A stretch of DNA of 61,808 bases, counting the filler. It is 4 parts of 4 records of this genome, joined end to end, with 100 filler letters (N's around TTAATTAATTAA, not from the genome) between each part and the next. Parts side by side here need not be neighbours in the genome. Positions count along the whole stretch, not along the records: positions 21,049 to 36,733 come from SRR31156797_747; positions 36,834 to 48,901 come from SRR31156797_749; 2 more parts are not named here. The stretch is one strand, 5' to 3'. Positions 32,129 through 41,944 of this stretch are shown here, piece by piece. Every line of letters starts with the position of its first letter. Position 1 is the stretch's first letter. The position numbers and the translations under genes were made by a program. The notes under the pieces were generated by a model. The model worked only from the letters and a program-made list of their open reading frames with translations, was not told the DNA's origin and made no database searches.

Positions 32129-32845
32129 ATGATAAAAAAATTTAATAAAATAATAGCTACTTTTCTATTTTTTTCACCTTTTACTGGTTTTGCACAACAT
32201 ATAACAATTATTTTTGAAGAGCGTACTCCTTATGTACAAAAAGACCAAAACTCTATCACGGGACTTGTAGCAACTCCTTTGATCAATGCACTCAATAATG
32301 CACAGATCAATTATGAATTAAAAGAGAAACCATCAAAAAGACACCTTTTTGAGATCAAAGCAGATCTACAGCCTCTTTGTGCCGTTGGATGGTTTAAAAA
32401 CCCGCAAAGAGAAGAGTATGCAAAGTTTACAAAACTAGCATATCAAGATAAACCAATGGGGATCATAAAAAGAAAAGCAGATACAAAGATCAACTCTTCG
32501 ATGAATCTTGAAACTCTTTTAGGACAAAAAGATATTAAACTTCTTGGGAAAAAATCATATTCATATGGAAAAGATATAGATAAAATACTTGCGAAATTTC
32601 ATGTAAAAAGACTAGATGTAAGTAGTAGCAATGTGCAAATGTATACTTTGATTGCTAAAAAAAGAGCAGATTTTATGTTTAGTAGTTTTGAAGAAGCAAG
32701 TGAACTTTTAGAAGACCACCCACTCAAAAACTCTTTAGAGTTTATAAGCTTAAAAGATATGCCAAAAGGGAGCAACAGATATTTGATCTGTTCTAAAAAA
32801 GTTGATGATCTAACCATTGAAAAGATCAATAAGTTTTTACCGTGA
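32129..32845 (+). CDS. Periplasmic solute-binding protein (family 3-like)
   Basis: Signal peptide, EERTPY, GWFKNPQREEY, SYSYG, RADF. Confidence 0.8.
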   Translation: MIKKFNKIIATFLFFSPFTGFAQHITIIFEERTPYVQKDQNSITGLVATPLINALNNAQINYELKEKPSKRHLFEIKADLQPLCAVGWFKNPQREEYAKFTKLAYQDKPMGIIKRKADTKINSSMNLETLLGQKDIKLLGKKSYSYGKDIDKILAKFHVKRLDVSSSNVQMYTLIAKKRADFMFSSFEEASELLEDHPLKNSLEFISLKDMPKGSNRYLICSKKVDDLTIEKINKFLP

Positions 32846-33684
32846 AGTATTTTGTAGCAATATTTTTCTTTCTCTCTTTAGTTATTGCAGATGAGAATAA
32901 AACAATCACTTGGCTTATCAATGATGCAAAACCATATTATATAGACTCAGGAGAGTTACAAGATCAAGGGTTTGGAGATCTTACTCAAAAAGCTCTTATG
33001 GATACTATGCCCCAATATAAACATATCATTAAAAAAAGCCCTTTAAGTAGAGTGATGAAAGATTTTGAACATAAAAAAAACATCTGTTTTTCCACATGGA
33101 TATATAACTCAACTCCAGAGCTTACCCTTACTACCATACCAAATATTTATTATATGCCTTTAGGGATCATTGTATCTAAAAAAAAGTTAGCTCAATTTGG
33201 AAAAACTCCTGTGAGTTTAGAAAAAACTCTACAAAACTCAAATCTTAATTTTGGACAAGCACAAGGCAGAGGCTATGGGGAAGCACTTGATTCGATCATA
33301 AAACCCTATAAAAATACAAAACATTTTAAAATACGAAGCTCTTCTAAAAACTTTAACTTTGGTATTTTGGAGATGATTGAGCGTGGTAGACTTGATTATA
33401 CTATCGATTATCCCCATATTATCCAGTACTATAAGCAAACAACCAATAGAGATGATCTCGTTTTTTTACCCTTACAAGAAAACCTAAACCAAGGAGTTTT
33501 AGGCTCAGTTGCATGTACAAAAAACACTTGGGGAGAAAAAATCATACAAGATATCAATAAAGCTATCATACAAACTTGCTCAACAACAAAATACAAAGAG
33601 ATCTTAAAACAATGGCTTATACCAACAACTGAAGAAAATAACTACTGGTCTCAATATCAACAAAAAGTTGAAACCCGCAAATGA
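32842..33684 (+). CDS. Periplasmic solute-binding protein (TIGR02285-like)
   Basis: ITWLINDAKPYYI..G...QGFGD, GRGYG..LD, MIERGRLDY.IDYP, ACTKNTWG; GTG start overlaps the previous stop. Confidence 0.75.
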   Translation: MKYFVAIFFFLSLVIADENKTITWLINDAKPYYIDSGELQDQGFGDLTQKALMDTMPQYKHIIKKSPLSRVMKDFEHKKNICFSTWIYNSTPELTLTTIPNIYYMPLGIIVSKKKLAQFGKTPVSLEKTLQNSNLNFGQAQGRGYGEALDSIIKPYKNTKHFKIRSSSKNFNFGILEMIERGRLDYTIDYPHIIQYYKQTTNRDDLVFLPLQENLNQGVLGSVACTKNTWGEKIIQDINKAIIQTCSTTKYKEILKQWLIPTTEENNYWSQYQQKVETRK

Positions 33685-36600
33685 ATAAAAAAAGCTCAAC
33701 TTTTCTTCATCTGATTTTTCTTCTTTGTTTATTCTATACTGGCCTTATTGGAGCACAAAACTATACAGATACTATTGCAAAATTAAGTGGGAAATTACTC
33801 TATGAATTAGATAGTGTGGGATTAGAAAAAACTCTTAATACATATATTAAAGAGGAACCCTCAATAAACTCTTTAGCAATTATTGATCTATCTTACAATG
33901 AAATATATTGGAGCTATAATTTAGAAAAAAATCCAAAACTTGATACCAATATCTGCTCACCTGGCAATACCTTTTCACTAAGTGAGATCAACTATGATGG
34001 ACAAAAGATTGGTCTTGCAAAAGCATGTATTAAAAGTGAAAAACAGCAAGCTATAAAAAAATCTAGTTCTAGTACGATCTCTATGAGTAATAAGATCATT
34101 GTAAAAGATGTAACTGCTTTAAGTGCACCATTTTTATATGAACTTGAAAAGGCTCAACTAAAACAGGTACTCCATCCTTTTATCGACTCTCATCCAAGTA
34201 TAAGTGTCCTACAAGTTATCGATAATGTAGATCAAAGTATCTTTTTTCATTTTGGAAATACAGCTGAAAAAAGTTTTCAAAAGTGCCCTGCAAATGAAAT
34301 ATTTTTTGAAGAAAATATTATATTTAGAGAGGAAGCGATTGGTAAACTTCATATCTGTTTTAAAGAATATATTCAAATCAGCTTAAGTGAAAAAGAGAAA
34401 GAGTATCTAAAAACCCATAAAGTAATCCGTATCCATAATGAAAAAGATTGGGCACCGATCAACTTTTATGAATATGGACAACCAAGAGGATTTAGTATAG
34501 ATATAATGAACCTAATTGCTAAAAAAACAGGTTTAAATATCAAATATATCACTGGTCCCACTTGGGATCAATTTTTGGAAATGCTTAAAAACAATGAAAT
34601 AGATGTGATGCTCAATATTGCAAAAAGTAAAGAGAGAAATAAGTATTTAATTTTCTCTGATTCTTATTATACTCCATTGCACGGTCTGCTTATAAGAGAA
34701 TCCGATAAAAACTCCATCACTACTTTTAAAGATATTTTAGATGATAAAACCATTGCATTAGAAAAAAGCTTTTATTATCATGAATATTTAAAACAAAAGC
34801 ACCCTAAAGCAGCACTTCATCTAACACAAAACACTTCTCAAGCAGTACAAGCTGTAGCCTTTGGACAAGCTGATGTGGCTATTGGAATCGTATCAGTACT
34901 TAACTACTTTCAAGAGAAAAACAATATTAGAAGTTTGAAAATCATTGAAAATATCAATAATGAGGAGTTTGAGAGGATCCCTCTTCAAATTGCTACTAAT
35001 AAAAACTCTCCTGAGCTTTTATCTATTATCCAAAAAGGTTTGGCTTCTATCACTCCAACTGAACTTAAAAAGATAAAAAAACAGTGGTTTCCACTACAAG
35101 ATGATACAAAAGAGGAACTTATCCTCTCCCCTAGACATCTTGATTGGATCAAGAAACACCCTGTTGTTCATGTGGGAGGGGAACTTGATTGGGCTCCATT
35201 TGACTTTGTAGATGAATCAGGAGAATATACAGGACTTACAAAAGATTATCTCGATCTTATCTCCTCTTTAACAGGGATAGAGTTTAAAATACATACTGGT
35301 CAAAAATGGAATGAACTAGTAGAGTCTTTAAAAAATGGAGACTTAGACCTTCTTCCTGCCATATATTATAATAAAGATAGAGAACATTTTATTTCACTCT
35401 CAGATCCATATTTAACAATCACTGATTTTTATATCACTCAAAAAAATCATGAAAAAATCAGTGATATTAAGCAGCTTTTTGGAAAAAAACTAGCAGTAAT
35501 CAAAGGGTATGAGATAATAGGTTGGCTAAAAGAAAACTATCCTCAAATAGAACTTATAGAATATGATACTTTACTAGAGACTTTAAGAGCCGTTGAATCT
35601 GGGGAGTGTACAGCCACTATCAATGATAATCCATCAGCCACTTATATCATGGGAAAAAACTTTATCTCTTCACTAAAAATGAATAGCATAGTAAAATATA
35701 GAAAACCTATGGGGCTTCATATGGGAGTAAAAAAAGAGGATAAAACACTTGTTGATATTATTAATCTCGCTCTTAAAACTATCTCCCGTGAAGAGAAAAA
35801 GAAAATATCAAATAAATGGATGAGTGAACTTAATCTTACCAATATCTCACTAGAACTTACTGAAGATGAGATAGCTTGGCTTTTAAAAAGACCAAAAATC
35901 AAATTTGCAGTTGATCCAAATTGGCTTCCTATTGAGGGGATCAATAAAGAAACTAACAATTATATGGGGATGATGGCTGATTATCTTGATATGATTGAAA
36001 AATATACGGGAATAGAGTTTGAACTTATCCCTACAACACAATGGTCTGATTCAGTGGAATTAGCAAAAAATAAAAAAGTAGATATGCTTGCAGCTTTAAG
36101 TAAGACTATTGAACGTGAAGAGTTTTTAAACTTTTCTCAAAATACACTCACTCTCTCAGATGGTATTATTATGAGAAATGATGGGAAATTCATCTCTGAT
36201 ATCAATGATCTTCAAGGATTAAAAGTGGGTATTTCAAAAGATACTGCTTTACATAAAATGATCCAAACCCAATATCCAAACTTAGAACTGATCACAATAA
36301 AAGGTGTAGAGAAAGCAGTAGATCTTTTAAATGAAGAAAAGATCGATGCCTATGTTGGAAATTTAGAAGTGATTAGTTATATTATCTTCAAAAAGAATCT
36401 TTTAAATCTCAAAGTAGTATACAAGTTTGAAAAACAACGTGAACTTCATATTGGAATGAGCAAAGAGTATTCACCTCAGGCTCTTTCAATTATAGATAAA
36501 GCAATCAATATTATTCCAAAAGAAGAAATCAATATTATTAGACAAAAATGGATCGGCTTAAAGATTGAAAATCAAGTAGATTATGATCTTATTATAAAGA

Positions 36601-36733
36601 TTATTCTTTTTACTATATTGATTACCCTTTTATTTACTTATTATAATAGGAAACTGAAAAAAACAGTTGATGAAAAAACTAAAGATCTGAAAGATCAGAT
36701 TTTACAATTTGATAAAAATGTGATCTTTTCAAA
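33681..36733 (+). CDS. BvgS/EvgS-like membrane sensor with three periplasmic Venus-flytrap domains, 3' truncated (output domain not seen)
   Basis: Three repeats of L(S/T)...E..(W/Y)L..H...W.P(I/F), then a TM helix and the start of a PAS-like segment (FDKNVIFS). Confidence 0.85.
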
Positions 36734-36833
36734 NNNNNNNNNNNNNNNNNNNNNNNNNNNNNNNNNNNNNNNNNNNNTTAATTAATTAANNNNNNNNNNN
36801 NNNNNNNNNNNNNNNNNNNNNNNNNNNNNNNNN
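36734..36833. other. Artificial contig linker N44-TTAATTAATTAA-N44
   Basis: Same linker as at 20949; abrupt GC increase afterwards. Confidence 0.98.
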
Positions 36834-36835
36834 TC

Positions 36836-37177
36836 ACGGAAATTCAGGTACCCAAACCCGAAAACGGCGCCAAAAGCGCCTTTTTCAAATTCGCCCTCAG
36901 AAAATCCATCGACTTTCCCATCGTTAACTGTGCCGCCAGGATCTCCACCCAAGGCGGCAAAGTGGAAGATGTCAGGATCTGCCTGAATGCTGTCCATGTG
37001 AAGCCGTACAGAGCCCTCAAAGCAGAAGAAGCCATGCTCGGTAAAGCGCTTGACGAAACCAGTGCCGCGGCTGCGGGCAATGCAGCGGTTTCCAATGCAA
37101 AGCCATTGCATGATAATGCATATATGGTTCAAGTGGCAAAAACCATGGTGAAACGCGCCATTTTGGAATGCAGGTAG
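36836..37177 (+). CDS. C-terminal part of a xanthine-dehydrogenase-family FAD subunit (PaoB/HcrB-like), 5' truncated
   Basis: Frame is open from the contig edge: TEIQVP...FFKFALRKSIDFPIVNCAA...VRICLNAV..KPYRA.KAEE...NAYMVQVAKTMVKRA. Confidence 0.85.
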   Translation, partial: TEIQVPKPENGAKSAFFKFALRKSIDFPIVNCAARISTQGGKVEDVRICLNAVHVKPYRALKAEEAMLGKALDETSAAAAGNAAVSNAKPLHDNAYMVQVAKTMVKRAILECR

Positions 37178-37291
37178 TTTTATTTACCCAAAAGATGTCA
37201 TTGGGCCGGCGGGTTTTTTTGCCTGATTCCCGTCTGTCCATTTTCATTTGGCCATATTGCTGAAATACTATTTTTATGGAAGGAATACTTC

Positions 37292-37576
37292 TTGAAAATC
37301 AACATTAATCTCAAAGGAAGATTTAAGGATGCTCTTAAACTACCGGACCCATACCCGCTGGAGGTTAAAGAGGAATCCAATGTACGGGACCTGCTGAACC
37401 TCCTTTGCCATAAAACAGGGAGCCCCACGGACACCTTTTTCAACAAAGACATGCGATTAAAGCCCAATGTTGCGGTCACCAAAAACGGCAGGTTCATCAT
37501 CCACTTGAACTGGCTTGACACCCCTCTTTCAGAGGGTGATGAAATGACTATTTTCACGCTTCATTGCGGCGGTTGA
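37292..37576 (+). CDS. MoaD/ThiS family ubiquitin-like sulfur carrier
   Basis: Beta-grasp pattern, NGRFI..L..LDTPLSEGDE.TIF, C-terminal GG; TTG start after GGAAGGA. Confidence 0.88.
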   Translation: MKININLKGRFKDALKLPDPYPLEVKEESNVRDLLNLLCHKTGSPTDTFFNKDMRLKPNVAVTKNGRFIIHLNWLDTPLSEGDEMTIFTLHCGG

Positions 37577-37668
37577 AATCAAGGGTTTAATTTCACATTC
37601 TGACCAGCCATCATAACCCGATTTTTTTGCCGCCTTCTTCTTATAACGCAGTAGATTCGGTAGCGGTC

Positions 37669-39036
37669 TCAAGACCGATGGATCTTCCCTCTTACTTTTT
37701 TACCAACATCCCCAGCTGAGCCGTAAAGTTCCAGCTTTCGGTACAAATTTCGAAGGCTGACGCCAAGGATTTCCGCTGCCTGCGTCTTATTTCCTTTTGT
37801 CAACTGCAAAACATTTTTGATATGCGTCTTTTCCACCTGTTTTAAGGGAACCGCTTGGAACCTGTCTCGGTTCCGCCTGCCCATGGGAATATCAGCAGTG
37901 GTAATAGAATCGCCGGAAGAAAGGATGACAGCCCGCTCCACGATATTGGCCAGTTCCCTCACATTTCCCGGCCAGCTATATTCCTTGAATAAATCTTTCA
38001 CGCCCGAACCGAATTTTTTAGAACGCTTCAAAAGGTTGTTTTTTCTTTCCAAAAAATAGTCGGCCAATAAAGATACGTCATCTCCCCGCTCGCGCAAGGG
38101 TGGAAGGGTAAGACGGACAACGTTCAGGCGGAAATATAAATCATCCCTGAAATTTCTTTTTGCGACTTCTTCCTCCAGATTCCGGTTCGTGGCAGCAATG
38201 ATTCTGACCTTTGCCATGATTTCATTGGTCCCGCCGACACGGCGGAAAGTTCCGTTTTCCAAAACACGCAAAAGCTTTGCCTGGGCAGCGGTATGCATCT
38301 CTCCGATCTCATCGATGAAAAGCGTTCCCTTGTCGGCAAGTTCCACCAATCCCCTTTTTTGACTTTCCGCACCCGTATAAGCCCCCCTTTCGTGGCCGAA
38401 AAGATCGTTTTCCAGTAGATGCTCCTGCAAATTGGCGCAGTTAATGGCGATAAAGGACCCCCCCCTGTTACGGCTCCGTTTATGGATGCTGTTGGCCACC
38501 AATTCCTTGCCGGTGCCGCTTTCGCCTTCGATTATCACGGGGCTTCCCGTCGGCGCCACTTTGATCACATCACCCATGATCTTTTCCATGCCTGAAGAAG
38601 CGTAGATTAACCGATCATATGGGTCTTTGGCTCTCAACTCCTGTTTCAGAAGCAGGTTTTCATTCTCGAGTCGGTATTTCTCAATCCCTTTTTCAACAAT
38701 CAGCTCAAGTTCCGGAAGGCTGCAGGGCTTTGTCAAATAGTCGTATGCGCCAAGCTTCATGGCTTTGACGGCCGATTCAATACTTCCATAGGCCGTCATC
38801 ATGATAACCACCATCATGGGATAAAGCCTCTGCACCCGACCGAGAAAATCGATTCCGTTTATACCGGGCATTCGAATATCCACCAATGCCACCTGGAACA
38901 TTTCCGATTCCAACAAAGACAAGGCTTCTTCAGCACTGGCAACCCCTTTTACCGCATAGCCTTTGCGTCTCAAACGCCGATTGTAAAGCTCCTGCAAAGG
39001 CACTTCATCATCTATGACCAATACTTTTTTTTCCAT
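37669..39036 (-). CDS. Sigma-54-dependent response regulator (NtrC/AtoC-like); start revised to MEKKVL
   Basis: Receiver VIDDE/DIRMPG, AAA+ GESGTGKE, GAYTGA (GAFTGA variant), IIAATNR, WPGNVREL, Fis HTH. Confidence 0.95.
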   Translation of the reverse strand: MEKKVLVIDDEVPLQELYNRRLRRKGYAVKGVASAEEALSLLESEMFQVALVDIRMPGINGIDFLGRVQRLYPMMVVIMMTAYGSIESAVKAMKLGAYDYLTKPCSLPELELIVEKGIEKYRLENENLLLKQELRAKDPYDRLIYASSGMEKIMGDVIKVAPTGSPVIIEGESGTGKELVANSIHKRSRNRGGSFIAINCANLQEHLLENDLFGHERGAYTGAESQKRGLVELADKGTLFIDEIGEMHTAAQAKLLRVLENGTFRRVGGTNEIMAKVRIIAATNRNLEEEVAKRNFRDDLYFRLNVVRLTLPPLRERGDDVSLLADYFLERKNNLLKRSKKFGSGVKDLFKEYSWPGNVRELANIVERAVILSSGDSITTADIPMGRRNRDRFQAVPLKQVEKTHIKNVLQLTKGNKTQAAEILGVSLRNLYRKLELYGSAGDVGKKVRGKIHRS

Positions 39037-39143
39037 ATTCTCGCTTTTCGTTCTTACCAGGTCCCTAGTTTCATCACCCGAATTTTCCGGAATTGAAAGG
39101 GGCATTCACCGTTTTCCATCTCTTTTAAGGTTCAGCTACCCAC

Positions 39144-41363
39144 TTAATGCCCTGGATTGTTGGGAAAAGTCGTTCTAAAGGTGGTGCCAAAGTTCTTCCG
39201 ACTTTTCATTTCGATTTGCCCTCCCAGCTGTTCGACAATCCGAAAACAGATGGACAGACCGAGACCGGTTCCACGGTCGGGGGCCTTTGTTGTAAAGAAA
39301 GGGTCAAAGATTCTGGACTGTTCCTCCGGCGTCATGCCGATACCCGTATCCGAAACAATGATCGATACAAAACTCCCCCCCCCCTGGGTCCGGACCGTCA
39401 CCTGCCCTCCTTTTTCAGTGGCATCCAGGGCATTTTTTAAGACATTGAGAAAAACCTGCTGAATCTGGAAATAGTCCGTTTTGATGTTTGGAAGCGCCGA
39501 ATCAAAGACCAATTCCAGCCTTTTTCTGGTTTCGTCCCGTTCGTAGCCTGAAATGGAAAGCACGTGCAGAATCATTTCGTTTATATTCACATCAACCAGC
39601 GTCGGCTCACTCACACGGGCGAAGTCCAGAAGACTGCGAGTAATTTCCTTGCAACGATACGATTGTTCCTTTATGACCCGAACGAGATCCTTGAATTCAT
39701 CCAGATCTTCCGTTTCCAGAACCTTTCGTCCCCCGCACTCGGATAGCAGATCCAGAACCTCCTCCGAACATCCCGCAATGGTTGCCAGAGGATTGTTGAT
39801 TTCGTGGGCGACTCCCGCAGCCAGTTCGCCCAGACCGGACAACTTACTGGCCTGCTGAAGCTGCGCTTCCAGTTTTATGCGCTGCCGGATATCCCGCATG
39901 ATAAACTGTAATGCAACCGCCCGGTCTCCCATGCGTACAATGGAAACCGTTGTTTCCACGGGAATAGGGTCTCCCACCTTATTTTTCAGACGGATTTTGT
40001 AGGGCTGGTCAATCATTGTTTCGCAAAGATTATCCAGACACTCCTTCAAAATTTTCACATCCTCGTCGCAAATAATGTGAAAAATTTTTTTCCCGGTCAG
40101 ATCTTTCCAATCCGCTTCCAACAATTCCAGCGTTTTCAAATTGGCGGAGATAAAAGCACCGCCCAGTTCAGTAACAACGATCGCATCCATGGCGCCGTTG
40201 AACAGGGCCTGGTATTTTATTTCGTATTCTTCCTTTTTGGTAATGTCCTCAAAAAAAAGAATGACCCCCGACTGGTAGTGGTCCTCGTCATAAAGGGGCA
40301 TGATGCTGTAACTGATGGAAATGGTCCCTCTTTGCTTCTGAAAAATGCTGACTTTTTTCACATGGCGGGATTTCCCGGTTTCCAGAAGTTTCCGAACATC
40401 TCTTCCCGCCATTATCAAATTCATTTTCGAGAGACATTCTTCCAGCGACAAATTCAACACTTGCGAGGGGGAAAGATTGAAAATTTTCTCCATACCCTGG
40501 TTCCATGTGAGGACTTGAAGATCTCTGTCGATTACCATAATGCCGTTCTTTATGGACTGAACAATATTTTCATTATGTTTCTTTAAATATTCTATCTCAC
40601 TTATATATCTAGCTTTTTCAGTGGTTTCATCGATAATGCACAAAAGCCCTTCGATTTCATTTCGCTTATTTTTTAAAGGAACCCCTTTCAAGTTCATGCT
40701 GAGTTCCTTTCCGGTAATATCCGCTCGGAAAGGAAAATCAACGACTTCGAAGCTTTCCCCCGCGAATCCTTTTTCCAAATAGACATCAAGACCCGATTGC
40801 CGGACCGCCGGACAATGGAGCCAGTCAAACCCCATGAGCTTGTCCACCGCAGGATTCCCGGCGATTTTCACATGGGCCGGGTTGGTGCTGATGATAATCC
40901 CTTTTTTGTTGAGGGTAAAAATACCAACGGGGGCATTGTAAATAATACTGTAGTTAAAATCGCTTACTTTTCTGTATTTTTCCTCAATCTTTTTTCGGCT
41001 GGTAATATCCTGCAAAATCTCAATGCAGTGATTGATATTCCCATTTTCCCCCTTTATGGGGGAAGCCACAATCTGAAAAAAAATCTTCTTGCCGTTCTCG
41101 TAAACGAATTCCTTCTCACAACTGGCGGGCCGACCGGTGGAAAAAGCGCGGGAGGCGGCACAACTTGCGCAGGGGGATTCCCTTCCGAAAATTTCGTAAC
41201 AATATTCTATTTCCGGACGGATGTTCGGCCAATTCGTTGTAAAAGCCCTGTTCCACAGCATTTTCATGCTGCGATCCACCATAATGCAGCCCAGCGCGGG
41301 GCCGGGCATACCTTCCAGGGAGATCATAATCTCCTTGGGAGGTGTTGCGATCATGTTTCTCAT
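39144..41363 (-). CDS. Cytoplasmic multi-PAS histidine kinase (NtrB-like); likely start MRNMIA, alternative 41483
   Basis: About four PAS/PAC units, no TM, H-box AHEINNPL, N-box NALDA, DTGIG, FDPFFTTK, GTGLGL. Confidence 0.92.
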   Translation of the reverse strand: MRNMIATPPKEIMISLEGMPGPALGCIMVDRSMKMLWNRAFTTNWPNIRPEIEYCYEIFGRESPCASCAASRAFSTGRPASCEKEFVYENGKKIFFQIVASPIKGENGNINHCIEILQDITSRKKIEEKYRKVSDFNYSIIYNAPVGIFTLNKKGIIISTNPAHVKIAGNPAVDKLMGFDWLHCPAVRQSGLDVYLEKGFAGESFEVVDFPFRADITGKELSMNLKGVPLKNKRNEIEGLLCIIDETTEKARYISEIEYLKKHNENIVQSIKNGIMVIDRDLQVLTWNQGMEKIFNLSPSQVLNLSLEECLSKMNLIMAGRDVRKLLETGKSRHVKKVSIFQKQRGTISISYSIMPLYDEDHYQSGVILFFEDITKKEEYEIKYQALFNGAMDAIVVTELGGAFISANLKTLELLEADWKDLTGKKIFHIICDEDVKILKECLDNLCETMIDQPYKIRLKNKVGDPIPVETTVSIVRMGDRAVALQFIMRDIRQRIKLEAQLQQASKLSGLGELAAGVAHEINNPLATIAGCSEEVLDLLSECGGRKVLETEDLDEFKDLVRVIKEQSYRCKEITRSLLDFARVSEPTLVDVNINEMILHVLSISGYERDETRKRLELVFDSALPNIKTDYFQIQQVFLNVLKNALDATEKGGQVTVRTQGGGSFVSIIVSDTGIGMTPEEQSRIFDPFFTTKAPDRGTGLGLSICFRIVEQLGGQIEMKSRKNFGTTFRTTFPNNPGH

Positions 41364-41708
41364 GATGAATGTTCCTTTATCATCAGAACGCGGCGGGAAT
41401 GGCTCCGCCGATTTTTTTAAACTTACGGAACCCCCATAAGCAAGTTGCGCGCCGAAAGACGCCGACATATAACCATTCAACATCTTAAAAAGCCGGATAT
41501 TGATAAATTTCCAATTTCCGGGTAACGCGCCCTTGTTACCGGGTCATTCTGACAGAATTCACATAATTTTCAGAAAGTTTCGGCATGATCCGGTTATCCT
41601 GTTGATCCTGTCTACATTATGATATCCGGAATGAGCCATCCTCTCTCAATGATGCACCCGGAATTCCCGGCACACCCAGTTGGGAATCTATCGTGCCTTC
41701 CAGCAAAT

Positions 41709-41744
41709 TGCCAGAAAATACCATGACAAAATGGCAGGATGTCA
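41709..41744. promoter_or_regulatory. Candidate enhancer (UAS) for the sigma-54 activator
   Basis: TGCCA..., TGACA-AAA-TGGCA-GGA-TGTCA chained TGNCA half-sites about 100-135 nt upstream of the -24 box. Confidence 0.5.
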
Positions 41745-41841
41745 CGATTCCCCAAATCAAACATTCCCCTTTGAAGTTGTCTCTATTCAGAAAATTACTT
41801 GGAAAACAGCATGTTGAAGTTTTGAATGGGTTCTATCCGGA

Positions 41842-41858
41842 CTGGCATAACTTTTGAA
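41842..41858 (+). promoter_or_regulatory. Sigma-54 -24/-12 promoter of the radical SAM operon
   Basis: CTGGCATAACTTTTGAA: GG-N10-GA, with GA in place of the canonical GC at -12. Confidence 0.65.
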
Positions 41859-41944
41859 CTAAAGGGAACCAGGGTTTCATGGAATGTTTGTTCCATGAAC
41901 CTCAGAATGAATTGAAAATACCATTGTTATTAAGGAGACAGGAT

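Noticed and set aside
40077-41439. Plus-strand ORFs of 169 and 207 aa opposite the histidine kinase
   Set aside because: Antisense shadows with no domain features or RBS support.
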